Shown: piece after piece, positions 45,303-52,878 of the stretch
Layout of the letters: each line of letters starts with the position of its first letter
Numbering within the stretch: the first letter of the stretch is position 1
Source of the DNA: Bacteroidaceae bacterium
GTDB lineage: Bacteria; Bacteroidota; Bacteroidia; Bacteroidales; Bacteroidaceae
Reading direction: 5' to 3'
Assembly (NCBI GenBank): GCA_045634305.1
Contig: JAZQZZ010000039.1
Coordinates: forward strand, 3,818 to 67,817
Length of the DNA: 64,000 bases
Made by a program: the position numbers and the translations under genes
The notes under the pieces: generated by a model
What the model saw: only the letters and a program-made list of their open reading frames with translations
Told to the model about the DNA's origin: nothing
The model's database searches: none

Positions 45303-46208
45303 ATGAAAGCATTACTTCGTATTATACCACTTTTAGTGATAGCAATACTCGTTTCTTGTGGTCAGGACAAAGACAGGTATGCATTGTTCGGTGAGACCAA
45401 AGCCTATGAGTCATGGGGATGGCACGAATACACTCCCCAGAAAATGGAGCGTTATCTGGATCTTGAATGGAACGATGCCTGCAAGAATTGGCTCAAGGAC
45501 AAGCCAATTACAATAGCAGTGTATACCACTGATGATTATGGTGACGAGATTCCCGCAGAAGACGTAAAGATTTACAAGAACGATGTACTTTGTGAAGGAA
45601 ATAGTTTCACTGTCACCACAGATGAGACCGAAGTAAAATTCGCACTTGAGTTCAAGAAAAGTGCAAAGGACGGTGAACACATTTACTCTTTGAAATACAT
45701 ACCCGAAGGGGGAGAAACAGAGATTCTTGACGAGATTTCTTTCGAAAGTTTCGGTGATGACAACAAGATGATGGCCGACAAAGAGACCATTATGAACCCA
45801 TTGAAAGAAAAAGTCATATGGGCAACATGTATTTTCTTGACTGTTAGTATATTATGGTATATTCTGTCACGTTTTGTATTTTGGCGTAAAACACCATTCT
45901 CAAAGGTTACAATCACATACGAGAACGGTTCAGAAAGAACTATCAGAATGAAGGGTGGCAACAGCCTTGTATGTACAGCAAACACAAAGACCAAGGATTC
46001 TTTCTTTGCAAAGCTTTTCAAAGGAAGCAGACCATACGAATATCACGATTTCTGGACGTCACCGGTTACTATCGGCCGCGGCACAAGAAGCAACAGCATA
46101 TCGTTCACCGGAACAAGACGATATTCAATAAATGGTGAAAGGATACGACGTAGTCCAATTGAAATAATAAACGAGAACGGCGAAAAAGCTACAATACAAA
46201 CAACGTAA
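45303..46208 (+). CDS. Bitopic membrane protein: lipoprotein-type signal, about 150-aa outside domain, one TM, about 107-aa cytoplasmic tail (operon gene 3)
   Basis: 301 aa. MKALLRIIPLLVIAILVSCG signal. TM VIWATCIFLTVSILWYILSRFVFW (45813..45884). The tail contains PVTIGRGTRSNSISF...YSINGERI. Confidence 0.55.
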   Translation: MKALLRIIPLLVIAILVSCGQDKDRYALFGETKAYESWGWHEYTPQKMERYLDLEWNDACKNWLKDKPITIAVYTTDDYGDEIPAEDVKIYKNDVLCEGNSFTVTTDETEVKFALEFKKSAKDGEHIYSLKYIPEGGETEILDEISFESFGDDNKMMADKETIMNPLKEKVIWATCIFLTVSILWYILSRFVFWRKTPFSKVTITYENGSERTIRMKGGNSLVCTANTKTKDSFFAKLFKGSRPYEYHDFWTSPVTIGRGTRSNSISFTGTRRYSINGERIRRSPIEIINENGEKATIQTT

Positions 46209-46245
46209 TCAACAAAAAAATAATAACAACTTAATTCATTTAACT

Positions 46246-49179
46246 ATGGCAAGATTAGTTATAAGACCATCAATTTATATCGGCCTTGGCGGCACCGGTA
46301 TATTGGCGATTTCGCAGACAAAGAAAATGTACGAACAGGAGTTTGGTGAGGGCAATATCCCCAGACAGATTGCTTTCATTGCAATTGACTTTGACACAAC
46401 CGCTCCCAAAAATTCAAATCTGGCAACAGATATAAGCACAGATTTCATGCAAATACCTGATGGTATTGATCCATTGGGTTTCTATCAGGAAGGGCTGGAA
46501 CAGGGCGAGTACAAATGGATGTTCCCCTGCAACGCAGGCTACATCGCACGTAAGATTGTTGATGGTGCAAGCCAGGTAAGAACAACCGGCCGTTTGTATA
46601 CAGAGCTAATCTATTCACACATTGAAGCAAGAATCAGAAACAGCTTTAACAGAGTACAGAACATTGCAAACGAGACAACTGGTGGTGTCGTAGATGTACA
46701 CATGGCAATGTCTATTGCCGGTGGTACAGGTGCCGGTTCATTCATGACAGTTGCGCACATCATCAAGGAGGCATATCCAACGAATGTGAACCTTTATGGC
46801 TATGGTGTAAATTGGGGGGTATTCAGAGCGATGGACCCAAGCGGAAACAAGACACCACGTGTAATTTCAAATTCCTATGCCGCAATTATGGATATTGATT
46901 ACACAATGCATGCTACACCAGCAGAGCCCAAGAAATTGTCTCTCAATAATGAAGAGAAAACAATCAAGAGACCTATTTTTGACACATTCTATGTTATTGA
47001 CAACAAGACAAACCAGGGCGGTGTTGTAAACAGCGTGACAGAGTTGTGCGAAGTTGTTGGTACAAGCATGTATCTATCCGGAAATAAATTGGGTAACAAC
47101 ATTGCATCAATTGCAAGCAACGTTGGTTGGTCAAATGGCTCATATAATATAAAGAACAAGAAAGGTTGGGTACACGGTTTAGGTGCTTGTCAGGTAGTAT
47201 ATAAAGGCGATGAACTTGCAAAAGTATACAAATACAAAGTAGCAAAAGTTCTTATCCAGAAGTTGATTTCACAGGGATTTGAAATTGAGCAGGCTGCTAT
47301 CAACTGGACCATGCTGAGCGATGTAATGATTCGAGAGGATGGCGACCAGTTCAACTACCTCATTGATTCTATTTACCTTGGATCTGAAATCAATAGGCTG
47401 AAAGCTCCTCAGCTCGACATTAATGACACTGACGCCAAGACAAAGGACAATGCTGAAAAATACATCAATGACATGAGCGGCTTCACAAGCGAAGAGAAAA
47501 TCAAGGCTCGCAAAGTCGCTATTGAAGAAGCATTGAAAAAGGAAGTAGAGAAGTATCTTAAAGAAGAGAACGGAATTGGCAATGCAATCACATTCCTTAC
47601 CAAACTTACTTCACTTTGCGCACAATACAAGAATGAAATGCAGGATGAGTACCTTACCATTGACAAGAAAATAACCGATCTTCATAAAAAGCTCGAAGAG
47701 GGATACAAAGAGTATGAGGATAAGAGAAATGGATTTAAATGGAAATTCAGAAGTCTCGAGACAAAAGAAGCCATTCTTGAGGAGTGCATTACTGTAACAG
47801 CAAATACAATCCTTAAACAGAAATTCGAGGCACAGCGCCGCAGAGTAGCCGAGAGTATCTTCAATGAACTTATTGAGTTGATTAAGACATTGAAGACAGG
47901 TGTTGAAAACACAATGACAACACTTAACAACATTGCATTATCATACAGCAATGAATTGGAAAAACTTCAGAAGGACACAACATCTGCACGTCAGTTTGAG
48001 TACGACCTATCTCAAATAGAGCGCGTAAACATGACACTTACTGCTGAGGATGCGGCAAGTTTGCTCGTCAGCGACTTCGTTAGTACACTCAACAAATCCG
48101 TTTCTGAGTACTCACAACATGATTTGTCAGAAGCAATCCTTACATACACTGATACTCTTGAAAGAACAAAGAGATATCGCGAGACACTTGTACTTGATGT
48201 AATCGACAAGTTGAGTGAAGTGGAATGGGAGAATTTGATAGAGACAATCACATGCAAATCAGGTCTATTGCTTGACATTAACAACAAGGGTCAGAAGATT
48301 GCCGGTTCACCAGCAAACCAGAAGATGGTATCCAACTTCATGGTTGCATACTATGGCAAGGACAACGCAACCCTTACGCGTTTCCAGAAAGACCCGGCAT
48401 TCATGCACAATATATTGAACAAACATTGGGTTTCAATGGATACCGACATCATGAGACAGAGGGTAATCTTCTACCGAGTTGATGGTGCTATTATCCCTTA
48501 CTGTCTGAATGAGTTCCCTGATCATGTAATCGAATCCGGCTACAACAAGGATGTACGCAACAAGCATACATTCAACCCACACTACGATAGCACCATCTTT
48601 GATTGGATGCAAGCCAATGACTTCAAGTTGAAACCAGAAATGTCTAACGAGGCTATGTTCTATTGGGTATGCGGTCACATCTTCGGTTGGGACGATATCA
48701 CAGAAACAGAGAGAATCATGGAAAAGGATGAACGCGGTGTTGTTGTCAAAGAGATAGACAAAGAGAACAAGCCTCATAGAAAGTTTATCAGTTGCCAGAA
48801 GGGAAGCTACTTCTATTGGGATGAAGAGACAATGTCACGTCCAGGCACAAAGAAGTGGGTTCCACTTGAAGAAGCTGGAACAAAACGTCGTGATACAGCG
48901 TTCAACTACTTCAAGACACGAGTTCTCCCCGAGAAGAAGGACCTATTCTATTCACTTATCAAGAGTGAAGTCAGCAGTAAGGGTATCAGCTACTATCAGG
49001 GTATTATTGATGGCATCGTAAGTCGCGGCATTGATGACTATATCAACCAGCTCGTATGTTCAGACAAGAGCAGCATCACATACTCTCAAAAGGGCAACGG
49101 TGGTGAGTTGCAAGCTATCATGGCTGAATTTGAATATTTGAGCAGAGATTTGAAGAACACATTGAGCAATCTTAATTAA
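46246..49179 (+). CDS. Tubulin/FtsZ-superfamily GTPase-like protein with long C-terminal extension (operon gene 4)
   Basis: 977 aa with no signal or TM. IGLGGTG (46279..46299). AGGTGAGS (46717..46740) matches the tubulin signature [SAG]GGTG[SA]G. DGASQVRTTGR lies between them. The C-terminal roughly 600 aa are coiled-coil-rich and unassigned. Confidence 0.7.
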   Translation: MARLVIRPSIYIGLGGTGILAISQTKKMYEQEFGEGNIPRQIAFIAIDFDTTAPKNSNLATDISTDFMQIPDGIDPLGFYQEGLEQGEYKWMFPCNAGYIARKIVDGASQVRTTGRLYTELIYSHIEARIRNSFNRVQNIANETTGGVVDVHMAMSIAGGTGAGSFMTVAHIIKEAYPTNVNLYGYGVNWGVFRAMDPSGNKTPRVISNSYAAIMDIDYTMHATPAEPKKLSLNNEEKTIKRPIFDTFYVIDNKTNQGGVVNSVTELCEVVGTSMYLSGNKLGNNIASIASNVGWSNGSYNIKNKKGWVHGLGACQVVYKGDELAKVYKYKVAKVLIQKLISQGFEIEQAAINWTMLSDVMIREDGDQFNYLIDSIYLGSEINRLKAPQLDINDTDAKTKDNAEKYINDMSGFTSEEKIKARKVAIEEALKKEVEKYLKEENGIGNAITFLTKLTSLCAQYKNEMQDEYLTIDKKITDLHKKLEEGYKEYEDKRNGFKWKFRSLETKEAILEECITVTANTILKQKFEAQRRRVAESIFNELIELIKTLKTGVENTMTTLNNIALSYSNELEKLQKDTTSARQFEYDLSQIERVNMTLTAEDAASLLVSDFVSTLNKSVSEYSQHDLSEAILTYTDTLERTKRYRETLVLDVIDKLSEVEWENLIETITCKSGLLLDINNKGQKIAGSPANQKMVSNFMVAYYGKDNATLTRFQKDPAFMHNILNKHWVSMDTDIMRQRVIFYRVDGAIIPYCLNEFPDHVIESGYNKDVRNKHTFNPHYDSTIFDWMQANDFKLKPEMSNEAMFYWVCGHIFGWDDITETERIMEKDERGVVVKEIDKENKPHRKFISCQKGSYFYWDEETMSRPGTKKWVPLEEAGTKRRDTAFNYFKTRVLPEKKDLFYSLIKSEVSSKGISYYQGIIDGIVSRGIDDYINQLVCSDKSSITYSQKGNGGELQAIMAEFEYLSRDLKNTLSNLN

Positions 49180-49187
49180 TTGACAAA

Positions 49188-52100
49188 ATGAACTATTGCG
49201 TACATTTCTTCGTTGGTAAGGAATTTGAGACATTATTGGAAGGCATTGCATACGACCTTCTCAAAAACGACCTTTCGGCACTTAAATTCAACAAGTATTA
49301 CTTAATTGAATCAGGAGTAGATGGTCATTTGAATTATCGCGAACTAAAAGTTTGTGTTAAAGACAGTAAAGAAGAAGGAAACGTTGAATTCACAACAATA
49401 GATTGTCTTAACAACAATATTGCCTTATCCTGGGCTAACGTTGAACAGGGCAATAGTAATGATAAAGAGAATTTGTTTACTGGTATTTTCGACAGTGTAC
49501 TTACTGTCGAAAATGCCAGAAAACAAAGCTTGCTCAACACTTTTATATACTTCCCATTATACAAGGAAGAAAGCATCGGCCTAGTAGGCAACCTGTGCAA
49601 AAATATCACGACTTCCTCAAAAAGTAATCTGACAGAAGTTACATTCATTACATTTGGTGATGACATGTGCAAGGTTATTGAAGAGGATTACAAGACAAAG
49701 CCTACAACAACCAAAAACCTTGACAAATTTGACAAGATTCGCAATGAATTGGGTCTCGTTGAACAGAAAAGCCACCTTGTATTCATGCACGACAGTACCA
49801 CTAGCGGTTTGGCGCTTGGTATGGACAAGGCCAAGTTTACAGACATGTTGGCACAGCTTGCAATTCTGATGTCAACATCGTACAAGGAGATTTTCCCAAT
49901 GATAAACAGCGAGGCAGAGGCTACATGTATCGGTTTCTCTTCGCTTTACTTCAGTGAATATCTATTCATCAATTACCTTGTCAATAAGGCAACACTCGCT
50001 GCAATAGACAGTGCATCGGTAAATGACGAAAAGATAGATATAAACAAGACATTCCAGACAACTAATGAAATGTTGAGAAGACGAGACAACATTCTCTCAA
50101 CATTCCTCAACAAGCACAAGACCGATTGTGCAGAAGGTAGCCACAAGGAAATAGCAGAGGAGATAGAAGACATCCTGAAATCAGTTTCTGCCAAATTCCA
50201 GGAGACAAAGAATATGACAGAAAAAGCAGCTATACTTGCAGCACTGCTTTCAAAAACCGATTATGAATTGTTTGCAAACGCTGTATACAATTCAGAAAAC
50301 ATCAACCTCAGTGACTTGTACAACGAGGCTATCGAATTCTTCATCACAGAGGACGTTGCAAAATTCTATAAGGAGGGGGAAGATGAACTTATCAACCCAT
50401 TAAAGGAGTTGAAAATCATTAATCAGAAAATTCTTAACTCATCGAGCCAGATACGCGAACTTGAAAAGAGTTCTTCAGAACTTGAAAAACTCATCGACGA
50501 GAGTGGCAAAGCACAGGAGTGTTTTGTAAGCAATGAGATTACCATTGACGACAAAAAATTCCGTTTGCTTCCATCTGTTGAAGAAGAACCCCTACAGGAA
50601 TGCTACGAAGAACATGAAGTAAGCATTGAGAGTATCGACTTGAGAGGAAACTTCAGCCCAATAAAGAGCCAGGGACAGCAGGGCTCATGCGTTGCGTTCA
50701 CATTGACATCTATTTTTGAATATATGATGAAAGTGAGCAAGCAGGAAGATTGCGACCTCAGCGAAGCCTTCCTGTATTACAACGCCAGACATCTTGACCA
50801 GGCAGATGACGTGAGCACACAAGAGGATAGCGGTTCACGCTACAAACCATCGATGGATTCTCTTGTCAAATATGGTATCGCCCTGGAAAAAGTGTGGCCA
50901 TACCATGAGGAGATATATACACAAAAGCCATCGAACGAAGCATACGAAGATGCAGGCAAGAGAAAACTCAGAAAAGCATTGAGCGTAAAGCTTAATTCAG
51001 ACGCAATAAAATCGGCATTGTCAGACGGCTACCCTGTTGCAGGTAGTTTTGCATTGTTCCCCAGCTTTTTTGAAGCCGGAGCATATATCCCCATACCTTC
51101 ACAGGAGGAGATTGAGCAAACAAAGGCAAATGCCAACAACCCCGAGAAGCAACTAAAGCATGGACATCACGCCATGGCCATTGTAGGTTTCAGCGACCAG
51201 TTGAACATGTTCCTTGTCCGTAACTCATGGGGCGAGGATTGGGGTGATAAAGGATATTGCTACATACCATATGCTTATATCAACAATCCCGAGCTATTCA
51301 CTTTTGCTGCTATTATTACAGAAGTGGATTCCCTTGAGACAAAGATGCCCGAGCTGCGTGAAATTCCCGCACTCAAGATTGACAGTGACGATATTCTTAT
51401 CCGTTTCTATATTACAAAGGCTGCGCTTGACAACGAAAGACGTGCACTATGCTTGTACAAGAAACAGAGGGATGAATGGCAGGCATATTTCGAGGCTTTG
51501 AAAATAAAATATGCAAATTCCAATGACAATAGAAGATTCGTCAATGCTAACACTGAATTCCACAACAATGAAATTGTTAGGTTGGAGAATGAAAACAAAG
51601 AGGCAGAAACCAGACTCGAAGGTATAAAGAAAGAGCTTAACAAATCTAATTTGATAGCCATCATCAAAATGATAGCTTTTGTTGTTCTGACATTCGTTGG
51701 CGGAATAGCTATTAACAAATGGCTGGTTAGTATACATAACAATGCAAAGGACAAACTGCTCAGCGCAATCAGTAATGACAATTATGGTGGTTTCGCAGAA
51801 AAGGTTGTAAAATTCCTTGACGCTGAAAACGGTGGTACAATCCAATTGAGCTGGTGGGTAATGATACTCATTTCTGCTGTTATAATCGGATTTATCATCT
51901 ATAGGCAAAGTTCAAAATGGAAGGTCTGGAGAGAAGAACGCGATACATTGTATGTAAAGATTGAGAGAAACGAAAAAGAGATTGCCACAAGAAAGAGCAC
52001 AATAAAGACACTGAAATTCTCGGCATTCGCAGCATGGACAGTAATAACAAACCTTACAACCATGCAAGAGAAATTGCTGAAGATGTACAACAGTATCATA

Positions 52101-52691
52101 TCACTGATAAACAATTTGAGAGTTTGGTACAAGGAAGTTGAACAGAACAACAATAAGATTAGCCTTGCTTCAACATTCTCTAACATATCACTCTTATCAG
52201 AGGATATTCTTGACAACTATTTCAACAACACTTTAAAGAATACTGGTGAATGCGATGTTGACCTATGTGAAGAGATTGACAAGTTTGCAATTGACGCAGA
52301 ATTCCTTGCAAACTTTAAGCAACAGCTACGCAATAAGATCATCACTAAGTTACAGGAACATCTGGAACGTAAGGAGTTCTCTGTAACAGAGCATATGGTC
52401 AAGAATACATATAGCGACATCGCCATAAAGGTCGACTATGATATAATAAGCGATTTACAAAGGAACTCGAACCTATTTGCATACGTTGAAACTTTGAAAC
52501 AAGATGCAAAGGCAGCCATTGCACCAGACTTAGAGAACTACAGACACGATGTGTTGGACAAATTAGCACCAGGCACCACATTGTTAGAGTCAACAAACAA
52601 ATACCGAATGCAAGTCGTAAATGTACGCCTTCTCAAGTACAGCGAGATTGTTGCCTTCAGAGGAGCTACTGTAAGCGGCAAAAAGAAATGA
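49188..52691 (+). CDS. Membrane-anchored papain-family (C1) cysteine protease with large N- and C-terminal unknown domains (operon gene 5)
   Basis: 1167 aa. IDLRGNFSPIKSQGQQGSCVAFT (Gln495, Cys501 codon at 50688..50690). KHGHHAMAIVGF (His661 at 51168..51170). LVRNSWGEDWGDKGYCYIPY (Asn679 at 51222..51224). TM hairpin LIAIIKMIAFVVLTFVGGIAI / LSWWVMILISAVIIGFIIY (about 51649..51903). No signal peptide. Confidence 0.8.
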   Translation: MNYCVHFFVGKEFETLLEGIAYDLLKNDLSALKFNKYYLIESGVDGHLNYRELKVCVKDSKEEGNVEFTTIDCLNNNIALSWANVEQGNSNDKENLFTGIFDSVLTVENARKQSLLNTFIYFPLYKEESIGLVGNLCKNITTSSKSNLTEVTFITFGDDMCKVIEEDYKTKPTTTKNLDKFDKIRNELGLVEQKSHLVFMHDSTTSGLALGMDKAKFTDMLAQLAILMSTSYKEIFPMINSEAEATCIGFSSLYFSEYLFINYLVNKATLAAIDSASVNDEKIDINKTFQTTNEMLRRRDNILSTFLNKHKTDCAEGSHKEIAEEIEDILKSVSAKFQETKNMTEKAAILAALLSKTDYELFANAVYNSENINLSDLYNEAIEFFITEDVAKFYKEGEDELINPLKELKIINQKILNSSSQIRELEKSSSELEKLIDESGKAQECFVSNEITIDDKKFRLLPSVEEEPLQECYEEHEVSIESIDLRGNFSPIKSQGQQGSCVAFTLTSIFEYMMKVSKQEDCDLSEAFLYYNARHLDQADDVSTQEDSGSRYKPSMDSLVKYGIALEKVWPYHEEIYTQKPSNEAYEDAGKRKLRKALSVKLNSDAIKSALSDGYPVAGSFALFPSFFEAGAYIPIPSQEEIEQTKANANNPEKQLKHGHHAMAIVGFSDQLNMFLVRNSWGEDWGDKGYCYIPYAYINNPELFTFAAIITEVDSLETKMPELREIPALKIDSDDILIRFYITKAALDNERRALCLYKKQRDEWQAYFEALKIKYANSNDNRRFVNANTEFHNNEIVRLENENKEAETRLEGIKKELNKSNLIAIIKMIAFVVLTFVGGIAINKWLVSIHNNAKDKLLSAISNDNYGGFAEKVVKFLDAENGGTIQLSWWVMILISAVIIGFIIYRQSSKWKVWREERDTLYVKIERNEKEIATRKSTIKTLKFSAFAAWTVITNLTTMQEKLLKMYNSIISLINNLRVWYKEVEQNNNKISLASTFSNISLLSEDILDNYFNNTLKNTGECDVDLCEEIDKFAIDAEFLANFKQQLRNKIITKLQEHLERKEFSVTEHMVKNTYSDIAIKVDYDIISDLQRNSNLFAYVETLKQDAKAAIAPDLENYRHDVLDKLAPGTTLLESTNKYRMQVVNVRLLKYSEIVAFRGATVSGKKK

Positions 52692-52745
52692 GAAAGTATA
52701 AATAAATGCGCAATGTTTGCAAACTGATAGGCGCAACAACATCAC

Positions 52746-52776
52746 GGGACCGGCTTTATAAAGCCGGTCCCCTTTT
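52746..52776 (+). terminator. Rho-independent terminator of the five-gene operon
   Basis: gggaccggcttt-at-aaagccggtccc followed by ctttt. Confidence 0.7.
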
Positions 52777-52825
52777 GTTATAGGCAAAAAACCGTAAACG
52801 AGTCACATATTCAATAAAATAATAA

Positions 52826-52833
52826 TATATTTG
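52826..52833 (+). promoter_or_regulatory. Bacteroidetes -7 box (TATATTTG) for 52879..53721
   Basis: TAnnTTTG match 46 nt upstream of the ATG. Confidence 0.4.
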
Positions 52834-52878
52834 CGCAAGGATAGAAATTTTAGACTGAACGCATAAACACAAGCACAT

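Larger units (their letters stand above)
43498..52776 (+). other. Candidate five-gene operon: lipoprotein, vWA, bitopic protein, tubulin-like GTPase, membrane-anchored C1 protease
   Basis: Same strand with intergenic gaps of 24, 15, 37 and 8 nt. One promoter upstream and one terminator downstream. AT-richer than both flanks. Confidence 0.7.
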
